DNA from: Octopus vulgaris
Taxonomy: Eukaryota
DNA: 64,000 nt
Direction: 5' to 3'
Assembly: GCA_951406725.2 (NCBI GenBank)
Contig: OX597816.1
Coordinates: 64,294,001-64,358,000, forward strand
Shown here: positions 40,579 to 53,396 of the stretch, piece by piece
Numbering within the stretch: position 1 is the stretch's first letter
Layout: each line of letters opens with the position of its first letter
Notes under the pieces: generated by a model
Told to the model about the DNA's origin: nothing
What the model saw: the letters and a program-made list of their open reading frames with translations, nothing else
The model's database searches: none
Translations under genes and position numbers: made by a program

Positions 40579-41599
40579 TTTGTTATTATGCATCTGTAGT
40601 GCATTGCTATGTATTTTTGTATGTATGTATGTATGTATGTATGTATGTATGTATGTATGTATGTATGTATGTATGTATGTATGTATAAGCAGACCAATGA
40701 ATTTTTCTCTTTTATAAACACGACTCAGGCAGTAATTATAATCTTTAAACATGTGTATGGAGATAGGTACATAACAACATGTACATACTTGAAATACAGT
40801 CATGCTCATTAACAGACACAGACATGTACTCACGCACACGTAAGCATCTGCATACATTGAGGGTGCATACGTATACAAACGTATACACTCACCAATATAC
40901 ATTCACAGACATACACATATTTAGTGGAAGTAAACTCGTCTTCCTATACGGCCACATCTAAGAGAGCTGCGACAATGAAGGAATCAGCTACGCGAGCGAT
41001 CGATGTACTGCGACTACGACGATTTCTGGTACACATTCCGCTTTTTCTCAGGTTTGCTGAAACTAAAGAATTGGTGGGGTTCACTGTCTCAGGCGCTTGT
41101 AACACACCAACCACCTCAAGGATTACGATCCGTTATGAAACGACTGGTTCTTTTTTGTTTTGTGGTTCTAAGATATTGAGACCAATGAATATCTTAGGAC
41201 CAGAAAAAGAAAATGAAAATGAAGATATAGATTGAAAGGTTTTGTGTCCTGTACACGAACAACGCTCAATAGTAGGACCTTCTTTGTTGACGACTGCCAG
41301 AAAAGGCGTCGATCTGAAAAGGCCAAAATACTAAAGATTCCTATAGAACCAGAACCGAAGATTATTATCTTCGAAAACCCATACCACTCGCATTCACACA
41401 GCATTTCTATATTCTGCTATATTACTGGCAGTTATTAAAAGAACCTTCATATTATTTGTGTCCCGCTATCAATTCTAAATATTTCCAAACATCATATTAA
41501 TCGAAATCTGATGAAGGTCACTCATCTCTATGTGTTTCTGATGTTAGATTTGGAATATGTAAAATGCAAGAATTCCTACCACAATCTTCTGTGTATCAC

Positions 41600-42680
41600 A
41601 GAAATGTCATGATGTAAAGTGCAAAGAGGGAAGCAGATAATGCTCATCCGTGGAAAGAAAAACCTACGGAAAAGACCACGGTAACCTCGATCAATAATGT
41701 TACATGTTACCACATTTGTTTGCAAAAAGGTAACCCTCTGTTTTAAATTTTTCTGGGCTCATAAGATTATGCTCAAGGTGGCTTCGTCATTCATACGTGC
41801 CAGCCTTGCTACATTCACCTATCTTTTTTTGAAACATTCTCAAGACAAAATACTTGCCTCTCTACTCTCACTTTCCTTTTCAAGTGATACTTGAAGAAGT
41901 TGGTGAGAGATTGACCAGAGAGGAATTTGTTTGTCTCCAATCCTTGATACATTCTTTCGCCATAGCCACAAGAATGATGAAAATAGCTCTTCCTTCTCGT
42001 TTGAAAGAAGGAGGCGTGACAATATTGACGATAGACTTGGCTGATAAACCGACTCGTCCCACACGTGACAGCAGTCGTTCGACATAAGCCCACAGGTCGG
42101 AAATTGTTGAAAACTGCACGAGTGTGTGCAGAACGGTTTCGTCGCTCTGACCGCATCTCGGGTAGGTCGGCCCCGTGTTTCTCGAGCCGTGTCTGTAGAG
42201 CTTATCCCGAACGGGTAGCGCTTCTCGGTAGCACTGCCAGGTCAGGGATCTCTGGAAGTTGTCCATTGGCCCCTGCCCGAAAGTCGTCCTGAACAGGTGG
42301 GTCAAGTATTCCTCGTCGACATCCAGGTTCGCCCCGAGATCGTCGTCGTACCTCCCCTCCACTAATCCTCTATAGAATGCTTTGGTTGTGTTGAAGTCAC
42401 TCGAGGTCGACTCGGGACGGCATAGTTGCTTGAGAGCAACGCGACACTCGCGGTGCCATTCGCCCTTCCTCGGCCTTTTTATGATCCACGAATGCAGGTC
42501 GGTCATGGAGACGAGTTGCGGGAAAGCGTGCCTCACAAACGGCGTCCACACCTGTTCACCGTCGTCTACGTAGAGCCTGAGATGTCGTAGTCTCAGCGCG
42601 TGTCTGCGCATCATCAACCACGGCATACCCAGTCGTATTTTTAATGGGTGTTGACAGCAAATGGATCGTCTGACCACAGT
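41600..42680 (-). pseudogene. L1/Tx1-like LINE ORF2 C-terminus and 3' UTR (5'-truncated)
   Basis: HPLKIRLGMP..., LPVRDKLYRHG...YPRCGQSDETVLHTLVQF...LW is a zf-RVT CCHC region with decayed cysteines; frameshift near 41940. Confidence 0.85.
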
Positions 42681-42734
42681 ACTTATCGTAAAGGGTCTCC
42701 TTTCACCAAGCTTCTAAGGAGGCGTAAACAATTC

Positions 42735-42972
42735 AACGTCGATCGTCAAGTGATTTTGGGGGACAAACACAAACACAGATACGCACGTATTTATTCACGC
42801 ACACACACACACACACGTGTGGTTATTTCAGATTTCATATACCAAACCAGCTTACAAGGCTCTGATCACCCCATGGCTTTTATAGAAAACCGTTGCCCAA
42901 GGTGTCCTGCAGTGGCGGTGAACCTAAAACTATGTGGTTGAGATGCAAACTTCTTACCACAAAGCTACCCTT
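42735..42972 (-). mobile_element. SINE family B, old diverged copy
   Basis: gggggacaaacac...ttgcccaaggtgtcc...aaacttcttaccac. Confidence 0.7.
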
Positions 42973-43521
42973 ATACGGATTTGAAATAAATATAAACGAA
43001 ACGACTCAATCACAAGCATGGAATGTTCGGGATAATTACTAATGCTGCATATTTGTATTGGAAAGAATTTACTTTGAAGACTAATGAAATATAATATCTG
43101 TCTTTAGAAAATTGAGCTTCTGTAATTTCAAGATAATTCTGATTACTATTGGTGATAAACAAATCCATTGACGCCGATAAATTCTGCATTTTGAAATGAT
43201 GTCAAGTAAGAAAACCGCGCTATATCTAGGTCCTCATTTGTTCTCTTAAGTTGCTAATGAGCCTGCTTTGATTGCTGGAGACGTTTTTAAGAGATAATCG
43301 GAAATTTATAACATTTATTTACATCAGATACACATCTAAGCAATTACAAGTATGTAACGACTGTAGAATTGGAAATTGTAGATATATATACATACAATGA
43401 TGCACTCCTAAGAAACAGTCAGAGGCTTTACTATCATTCAGTCTGTCTGTCACTCTGTCCGTCCCTCTCTGTCTGTCTTTCTCCCTGCCCTTCTCTCCAG
43501 CTCTTCGTCACTCTCTCTGCT

Positions 43522-43558
<37 letters not shown>

Positions 43559-43576
43559 GTCGGACTGTCTGTCTGT

Positions 43577-43644
<68 letters not shown>

Positions 43645-43663
43645 ATATCTATCTATCTATCTA

Positions 43664-43788
<125 letters not shown>

Positions 43789-43799
43789 AAAAACTGATT

Positions 43800-44392
43800 C
43801 CTCATCCTTATACCGCAAACACCACACACAAATATTCAACAACCAACAGCAACGAAAACAACAACACAACCACTTACACAGACATACATAGAAGCCTACA
43901 ACATACCCCTACCCCCTTCTGATTCTTCAGAAATTTCGTCGGAAGACGAAACCAGTGAGGAATGGCAAATAGCTAGAAGAGGAAGGAAAAAAAAGCAGAA
44001 AAACAACCAAACCAAATGCAAACATACAAAGCAGGGGGATATACATCTCCAGAAGACATTTGGAAACCCACCACAAGCAACAGCCACACCAACACCACAA
44101 AAATATATTCAACTAACATGCTCACATCTATAGACACCAAAAACACAATTTTGATGGAATACATCAAATCAAAAACAAACATAACAGAAGATGACATAAA
44201 AACAAACAATTACCCATTCACAACACCGGATCACATCAAAATACTACATATCCCCAGAAGTCTGCACAACACACTAACATGCATTTTCCCCAGTGCGTTT
44301 TGTAAATGCCAAAAATACCTCACGAAGAAGCTTTACTGCGATCTCCTCGAGGACAAACCAAAGGAGGAGAAAGCAAAAACTTTCGAGCAGTA
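43800..44392 (+). mobile_element. LINE ORF1-like 5' region
   Basis: A/C-rich coding-like strand with DSSEISSEDETSEEWQIARRGRKKKQK, upstream of an APE endonuclease remnant. Confidence 0.45.
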
Positions 44393-44454
44393 AGTAACCC
44401 TCTGTTCCTTTTGCTTGTATTTTAATTCACTAGGATTATGATCAAGCTTGGTTG

Positions 44455-44890
44455 TGGAAATGCGCGTGGTGTCCCCTTGGAAACAAGGGTACCTCTTAAA
44501 TAACATAAAGTCACACAAGTTAGAAATCATAGCCATAAGTGAGACCAGACTCTACAATCCCCGGGCCCTAAAGACCATGTTTGGCAGACAGTTCAACATT
44601 TATTTTCCCCACTGTCTGCCGAGAATGGGCGGTAGTGGCATCGAGGTACTATTTCGCAAGAGTCTTGATCTCAGAGTAAAGACAGTATTCGTAGACCCGG
44701 AGGGTAGAATGTTCGTCCTGGATGTCGACGGCAGCAACGGGTGAGCTTTTCGACTCGTTTCAGTCTACGCACCGCCTTTAACAGATCGGGCGGATTTCTT
44801 TCGACGTCTAGAAATATTCCTGGGAGCGTCTCGTCCTTTACTCTTAGTGGGGGATTGGACACGCATGTAGACTACGTCGGCAGAGATAGC
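44455..44890 (+). pseudogene. L1/Tx1-like APE endonuclease fragment
   Basis: LEIIAISETRL...GGSGIEVLFRK...DPEGRMFVLDV..*AFRLVSVYAP...LLLVGDW; truncated at the mariner insertion. Confidence 0.85.
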
Positions 44891-44895
44891 TAATA

Positions 44896-45458
44896 TTTGG
44901 TTGTTCGGAAAGTTCGTGCCGATTTATAGTAACTGACATTTCGTCTTATTTTAGAACATGGTTGAGTCCATAAAATAGGATTTGACTACACCTCCCTTTA
45001 GAGCACAGTTTAAGCTATCTTTTCGTGGAAGAAGGTTTATATTCCTATACCTGTGTTAATTCTGTAACCCTTTAAAATGGAAGATAAGAAAGTTCATTTT
45101 CGGCAGTTGATGCTTTGGGAACCAGACAAAAATTGCTGCAGCTCGGCTGGGATGTGTTACCCACCCTCCATATTCACCAGATATTGCTCCTTCGGATTTC
45201 CACCTATTCAGGTCTCTGCAGAATTGTCTTAAGAGTAAAAATTTCAATTCCTTGGATGACGTAAAAAGATACGTTGATGAATTCTTTGCCATGAAACAAC
45301 CTCAATTCTGGGAAGAGGGTATTTTCAAGTTAAAGGATGGATGGAGACGCATTGTGTAGCAAAATGTTTCATATTTGATTGATTAAAAGTATAATGGCAA
45401 GTATTTATTGAGTTTTTCTTTCCTTTAAAAATCGGCACGAACTTTCCGGACAACCCAA
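44896..45458 (+). mobile_element. Internally deleted mariner element (same family as 18638-19195)
   Basis: Matching TIRs and TA flanks; HPPYSPDIAPSDFHLFRSLQNCLKSKNFNSLDDVKRYVDEFF. Confidence 0.92.
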
Positions 45459-45516
45459 TACCAATACAGTTAATAGAATGGTGAGAATAAGCCATTGATG
45501 AGACAATAAAATACTG

Positions 45517-45561
<45 letters not shown>

Positions 45562-45834
45562 TCGGCGACAGAGTAATGGATCGCTGATGATGTTTGTTTA
45601 AATTTGAAATCAGCGAAGATTCCATCTCGCTTATCGAAGGGAGCGAGCTTGTCTCCCTCGACAACTATTAGAAAAGTGCTCTTACGTTGCTAAGAGTTAT
45701 TTTGATTCTTATTTCTAGCAATGCTGGTGCTTTCTAACATCCTCTGTCACTTTAGTGACAACTGTACCTGTTCCCTATCAGTTCGAAATTGCAAACAGCC
45801 ACCTTAATAATGTATATATTTATGTGTGTTCACA

Positions 45835-45879
<45 letters not shown>

Positions 45880-46050
45880 TCAAAATAAGCAATAAATATA
45901 TCCAAGGTAGTTATTTGTTGCTTATTTTGATTATAATCACCCCATTTGATTTATATGGATAATACCATACTAAATTCTGTTGCCTTTAACTTAAGTACCA
46001 TATTCATCTGAATCTAAATTTTGCTGAACTTATATATATATATATATATA

Positions 46051-46200
46051 CTTTATTTAAAGCAGCAGAAAATTCAACAAAACCTGTTACTCTGAGTTTC
46101 CCGTTGTCTTTCTGCTGCTTTAAATAAAGCATATTATTCTACCACTGGTATTTGAGTACTCTTTTTTCCACCTTGTTTCACATTTATGTGTTTACTCCGG
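46051..46200 (+). mobile_element. Fold-back cassette family 1 (second copy)
   Basis: ctttatttaaagcagcagaaa ... tttctgctgctttaaataaag plus the shared tail. The inverted arm contains the reverse complement of the hammerhead 3' half (46084-46100). Confidence 0.75.
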
Positions 46201-46336
<136 letters not shown>

Positions 46337-47468
46337 TGTATGTATGTATGTATAAATAGAAACTAACTTATTCTTTTCATATGAAATATAAGGTTGATGC
46401 TTACCTTAACATAGATAGTGCACTAAATCTAAAGTCGTAGCACTAGGATGATTGGAAAAGTTCAAATCATAGCTGGTATGTATTGTAGGACATTTCGAAA
46501 CTTTAAAAATATATATATATACACAATAAACTATATAGATGTTATTAAATAAATAAACTGTAGGAATGACAAAACAAACACATTTCTTTGTCTTAAACAC
46601 AGAAAAAGGATGTTTGTATAGGTTGAAGTTGCTGATCCATGGATAAGAAATATTAAAAGCGAATAGTTGTGAAGTAGTTTTCGGGAGCATTTTACCTGGC
46701 CGCGTGGTAGGTGTGGTAGTCGGGCATGTGATTGGCCACGTGGTTGGTTGTATAGCTGATGACGTCCAATCATATTGATTGATAGTTTAGTTTTAGAAAT
46801 AGTCATGTGCTTGTACTGTTATCAGTTACATCCTTGTTTTTTTTTATTTTGTCTTATATTTTATTTTTTTTTTGCAAAACACTATCAGCAGGTAGCTCGG
46901 CCTTAGGCTAATCACCGAGAGTTGGCAGTGCTGTTGATGACATTCATTCCATTTGACAGGTATCAGCGGGCGGTTATTCACGTTGAGAAACCACGTGGTT
47001 CGAAGTGCTTCTAATGACGTTCTCTCTTATAACTGGCAGAAGTTTTGTATACAAATTTAATATCCTGGGGCAAACGGTTTTTTGTATAAGGTGACTTCGT
47101 TAGATTTTTGCACAATATGCAGGGAAATTCCATAAACAGGACATATATGTGTGATAGGTATTTATGTATATGTATGTCTGTCTGTCTGTCGGTCTGTCTG
47201 TCTGTTTGTATGTATGTATGGATGTATGTGCATATATATGTGTGTTTATGCGTGAGTATATGCGTGTGTCTTTGTAAGTTGAGGTGAGGAGCATGTATGT
47301 AAATGGTAGATGGCGTTGTAAAAAGATAACAAACCATGAGTTTATTTATATTGCAATGCTTTTTTACGCGTGCTAACAAGCCTGGTGGTTGTAAAAAAAG
47401 GTGAAATTGCTAAGAATGACTACAAGTAGCCGTATTTGCATACACACACTCACATGTATAATACATAC

Positions 47469-47479
<11 letters not shown>

Positions 47480-47505
<26 letters not shown>

Positions 47506-47542
47506 CCAAAGTGTAAGTACGTATCTCTCTTTCTCTCTCTCT

Positions 47543-47596
<54 letters not shown>

Positions 47597-47660
47597 AGAG
47601 AGAGAGAAAGAGAGATACGTACTTACACTTTGGTCTCTCTCTCTCTCTCTATATATATAT
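47480..47660. repeat. Palindrome centred on (TA)n
   Basis: (AG)n-accaaagtgtaagtacgtatctctctttc... mirrored as ...gaaagagagatacgtacttacactttggt-(CT)n. Confidence 0.9.
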
Positions 47661-47754
47661 TTATAAATAAGGATAAGATCGTTCATTTAAATATCGATCT
47701 TATCAAGTAGCCAGCATGGGAATAAAAACCTTCAAAGGTAATAATTATTATTAA

Positions 47755-47940
47755 AATTATAATTTAGGGTATCTAAGAGATACCTCCACGCTGGAAATAG
47801 CAGCCAAAACTTGACTCTAAAACCACATTAAAACTTCATACAACGTCAGGTGCTGTATGAACATCCAATGTGGTTTTAGAGTCAAGTTTTGGCTGCTACT
47901 TCCAGCGTTGAAGTATCTCTTAGATGCCTAAATTATAATT
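47755..47940. repeat. Long inverted repeat (arms of about 75 bp), PLE pLTR-like
   Basis: Arms 47755-47829 and 47867-47940 are reverse complements with a few mismatches. Confidence 0.8.
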
Positions 47941-48205
47941 GTATATATATATAAAATTGGGACAAGAACGCAAAACATCCAGATAGACGATACAAAGAAA
48001 TCAAGGACAGGTCATTCGGAGTTTTTCCTCAGTCGAGTTCCAGATTATCTTTGCAGTTTCGGCTGGTTATACTCAAGATTGCTCCAATCTGGCTATCCCC
48101 AAGGGAAAACTAAGATAACTTCTCCACTGGACTTTCTACCTTTCTACCCTTTACGGATTCTCTTTTGGACATTTACCCTCCAGCTGCACCTCTCCTACCT
48201 GTGTA

Positions 48206-48276
<71 letters not shown>

Positions 48277-48641
48277 CGCACACACTCACAGAAACACATA
48301 TAGATGTGTGTGAGAGTGTGTACTGTGTGTGTACAGATATACACATAGTGAGATAACTTGGCACCAGGGACGCATTACATTTCACGGTGTATTATCAATA
48401 ATTGTTTGGTATGTTCACACGATGGTGGTACTAAATCTTAAATAAAAGACCATACAGTATATGTATATTTGAGCATATATATAAGCACTTACACTTAACC
48501 ATAACATAGTACACACAGCAAAAACATAAAAATATACACGGACACACCTATATATATCAATATATGCACACTCACACGCACAAATACATAGATACATCCA
48601 TCCATCCATACATACATACGCATATATATGTATATATATAT

Positions 48642-48827
48642 ATTTATTATATAGAAGGAGCTTCTACAGGACTAGAACTGTTTCATTCAAGAGAAATCTT
48701 AGATTTCTCTTGAATGAAACAGTTCTAGTCCTGTAGAAGCTCCTTCTATATAATAAATTAATTTTACTCTGCTATGTATTGAGTACCTTATTTACTGTGG
48801 TTAACCCCGAATCAACCCGGGACCTAC

Positions 48828-48830
<3 letters not shown>
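48642..48830 (+). mobile_element. Fold-back cassette family 2 (second copy)
   Basis: Palindrome 48642-48758 plus tail ...gtggttaaccccgaatcaacccgggacctaca, between (TA)n tracts. Confidence 0.78.
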
Positions 48831-48886
<56 letters not shown>

Positions 48887-49730
48887 TATTTACATACATA
48901 CATACACACATATATATTTACATACATACATACGTACATACTTACATAAATATATTCACAAAATCAAAAATATTCACCAGTACATAAGACAACTTCCATT
49001 TGCATCGTCAATAAGAATATAATTATAATTGATGATACGAATCGGAAATAAAATCTGCCATTTAAAAAAACAAAAATATATTTGACCTTTATTTTCTTCC
49101 TACACATGAAACTTATTTTTAATGCATACTGATGCAAGAGTCACCAGCGTAATCATATAAGTGCAAGTTTAATGTGAACTCAAATATTTAATGATTCGGT
49201 CGTGGAACGTCAGATTGTATTTCTGTGCCATTGTGTTGTTTTTGACTTTTTTTATATTAGTTACTTTCATCTATTCTCTACATGCTTCTAACTACCTGGT
49301 ATGTATGTATGTATGTATGTATGTATGTATGTATGTATGTATGTATGTATGTATGTATGTATGTATGCATGTATGCATGTATGCATGTATGCATGTATGT
49401 ATGTTTATACACACAAATACATACATACATACATACATACATACATACATACGTACGTACATACTTCGTATCTTTAGCCTCATTTAGAAATCTATTGAAA
49501 TTCAAGAGATTTCAGTGAATAGATGCGTGTATGTACATAGCTGTATATATATATAAATATGCATATAAACACACACACACACATATACACGTACGCACAC
49601 ACATACATGCACATACGCATATATGTAAAGTTATATACATATATGTTATAAATGCAATTATATATATACGTACGCATCTAAGTGCAAAATATAATGGACG
49701 GGGAAGGTGAAAGATTACATACACACACAC

Positions 49731-49823
<93 letters not shown>

Positions 49824-51694
49824 TGTATCTATATATATGTATATGCATGCATATGTACATGTGTGTATATAAATTTATGTATTTTTAAAAGTAAATATAT
49901 GCTTTAATGTACATAACATGCATTTGAAACGGGAAACACTCAACGACAAATTCATTTAACAGATGGCAAATGTTTCTGTTTTTTGTGGGCTGGGGATGCC
50001 TACCGCATCATTACGTTGGTGATTTTGTCAGAGGAATTCTCCTTAATGCTAAATGCCGGTTAAGTTTAATTTAATTATTAAGATATCTCCTACGAATTAA
50101 ACTTCAATTCGATATGCAAGCTTTGGGTAGCTTAAACTCTACATAGCATTCGTAATCGAAAACTAGACGTGGTATCAGGATACACAGATATGTTTTGAAT
50201 AAAAATTTGTCTCCTCTGTCCCAGATATCGTGCCATCCACTTGTATCAATGCTATTTATGCACTACTCAAGTCTTCCGATGGTACAATACACTTGAACAC
50301 TCATTCAGCTGTAGTTGATAAAGTTGGTTGTAGCTTGTTGAATGTAGGAACTCGTAGTAATGATTAACGGATCAAGTTTAAGCAAAATTTTACAAGGAAC
50401 ATAGCAAGTTGCAAAAGTGGTAGGTGGCGCTCTATATCTTACTTTTTATAGTAGCATCGACTTCCAATTGTCCATTATTTGCATTAACTCTTTTTTCTGT
50501 AATTTTTCTTTATTTGCAGTACAATGTTAGTAATGAATAGACAATCCGAAACAATGATCGTCCATGTTCATAGGAGTTCGATCTTGACAAAGGCTGATCT
50601 GCACACCAGTACTTTTAAACATATTCTTGGGAAACAATACAGGACGTATCGCAAGGATTCCCCTCTTTCATTTTCATCATATGACATACCTCTAACAGCT
50701 TGTGCTTTACGGAAGATATCGATTGAATGGAAAACAGAGAAGCACATCCCGAGACTGAGCAGGAGATTGGCAGTCAGATCATAAATTGCAAGATTGGCTA
50801 AAAGCCCCAGCTAGGCAATTGTAACCAAGATCAGGACAATTTATGAAGACGGATTGGGAAAGCATAGCACCTCAATAACAGACACAGAAGTAAGCTTTGG
50901 CTTTGCTTCAGTTGTCATGAAGAAAACAAATGCCAAATGGAAAGCAGTTTTATCAATGCCCTCATGAATCACAAACAGTGCAAAAAACCCTAGCAACTTA
51001 GGACCAACAAAGAACATACCTGCGAGGTTTTCAATCATTACGTTCTTCGTGTTAGGCTCTCTAGGGTTTATGCCTCTCTTCCATAGTTATATATGAGTTT
51101 GTGTGTGTGTGAATAAGTTTGTCTTTGAGTCTGCATGTATTTATGTTTGCATGGGCTTTTTTCACTTGGGATGCTTCAACAAATTTATATGCCCTAGTCT
51201 TTGTCCTACTCTTGAAGTACAGTGTATACTGCTTGATAAGACGCACAGTTTTTTTACTCCTGAATGTAACAAAATTTTGTCATGCTTCTAATGCGACTGT
51301 AATATGGATGACAACCAAGTGTATCAGTGTATGATAAAAAATAATAGTCCCCCCTCCCCAAAAAAACTTTTCCCACAAAAATTGGCTTGTTGTACGCAAG
51401 AGTGTTTCTTGTTTTATGCGAGAGTGTGTACGATATTCCTAGTGATGACTGAAAGACACTGCTTTTATCTTTCTCTACTTCCTGCTTCTCTTTTCTTTAT
51501 ATTGCTGTGTTATTTTCTTTCTCTCTTCCCTTGTGATACTTTTTTTCCTTTTTCTCTCTACTTCCCTTGAACGACACATAAAACATTCGTCCTTCTCTTC
51601 TCTCTACGCTCATCCGTTCTTTCTTTTCATCTCCCACATTTTAAAAATTTATTCCTTTCTTGAGCGTCACCCTAATAAAATCTTATTCATATTG

Positions 51695-51865
51695 TAGCAC
51701 GAAACCAGCAAGTACATTTTGCTCAACAAATATTTATATTATCGAACCCGTAATGATGAATGGCAAATTCGCCCTCCACAGAATTTGAACTCAGAAGTTA
51801 AAAACGGACGAAAGACCGCTAAGCAGTTTACTTGGCATGCTAACGATTATGCCAGCTACCCACCT
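51695..51865 (-). mobile_element. SINE family A, old copy
   Basis: atcgaacccgtaatgatgaatggcaaa...gaatttgaactcagaag...tgctaacgattatgccagct. Confidence 0.7.
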
Positions 51866-51937
51866 TCATCAACCTCATAATAATAATCCTGAACGTCCTT
51901 TTTTCTTTTTTTCAGTTTTCATTTTTTATTTGTATAC

Positions 51938-51972
<35 letters not shown>

Positions 51973-53113
51973 TGTATGTATGTATGTATGTATGTATGTA
52001 TGTATGTATGTATGTATGTGTGCGTTGGTGTACATGTGTGTGTGTATGCGTGTGTGTGAGTGTAAAGCGGTCGATTGAGGTAGATCTTCATGAGAGAGGG
52101 CTTGCCATTGATGAGGTCACAAATGGTGACGAAAGGAGTTTGACAACCTAATTTATTGATTTACCGCATGATTTAACAAACAAGCGATTAGTTACTTGGT
52201 TAAATAACCAACCAATTGACTCACAATAAAGATACAAAACTCTACTACTATGTGTTTTTATCATTGGCGTCCGGAGCCCCTCGAGATGTTACAAAATATA
52301 TTTTGTATCACAAGCTCGCATCAAGAATCTAGCAAACTAAATGCAAAAATGAAACTGTCGATAATTGATATAGAATCTTATAAATAACTTAACGGCCGTA
52401 AATTATTTTAAGTGTCATAAGCGGTCATAAGCATTATGATGTTTAAAATCCCTAACTTTAAAAGCATCGTTTTGGTTATTTACGTTATCTAAGTAAGGAT
52501 GCAAATTATGAAATTTTTAGTCGTTCCGAAAATTGGTAATGAGAAACTTGTTACAATATCGGTGACAAGCATCAACTGGTGTAATGCAAACACATACACA
52601 CTCACTGATATACACACATACATGAATATACATACATAAAACACCAGCAAACAGAAACACACACACAAGCCAACATATACGTGGGTGTAAGGATGATAGA
52701 CATAAAATTGTCACAAAACTTTTGACAGTAATTCAGGAAGATTGTTGGTTTCTCCCTTTCATCGTTCGTTTTCATATCTTTTTCCTATATTAACATGGCT
52801 TCTTTCTATTTCAGATATTAATTCATACCTCCTATAATGTAGTCTTTCTAGAGTCATTTGAAGGTTTTCCACCGATCTAATTTTATGTTAATGCGTAATT
52901 ATACAGTATAAATACACTAACAAGACCCATACAACTTTACACCGTATTTCAATAATATAGAGACCTGATGTTGACGTTGATGGATATTAATTTTCTGATA
53001 AATTCAGTAAACTTAACTCAAAGATATATTCTGATACGTTATCGATTATGATACGCAGATGCCCACTTCTACATACACACACATGTATATGCATACACGC
53101 ATATATATATATA

Positions 53114-53146
<33 letters not shown>

Positions 53147-53317
53147 CATATATTTATATTTATATACATACATACATATGTAAAGTAGAGAGAGAGAGAA
53201 TGAGAAAGAGAGAAAGAATATGACATATATAGATATTTGTGTATTTGTATACATATGTATATACATACATACATTCATGCATACACACACACATACACAC
53301 ACACACATACATACACA

Positions 53318-53348
<31 letters not shown>

Positions 53349-53349
53349 T

Positions 53350-53391
<42 letters not shown>

Positions 53392-53396
<5 letters not shown>

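Noticed and set aside
40924-41438. Adjacent 103-aa and 68-aa ORFs in a GC-richer block
   Set aside because: No recognisable motifs; may be decayed retroelement sequence but cannot be supported.
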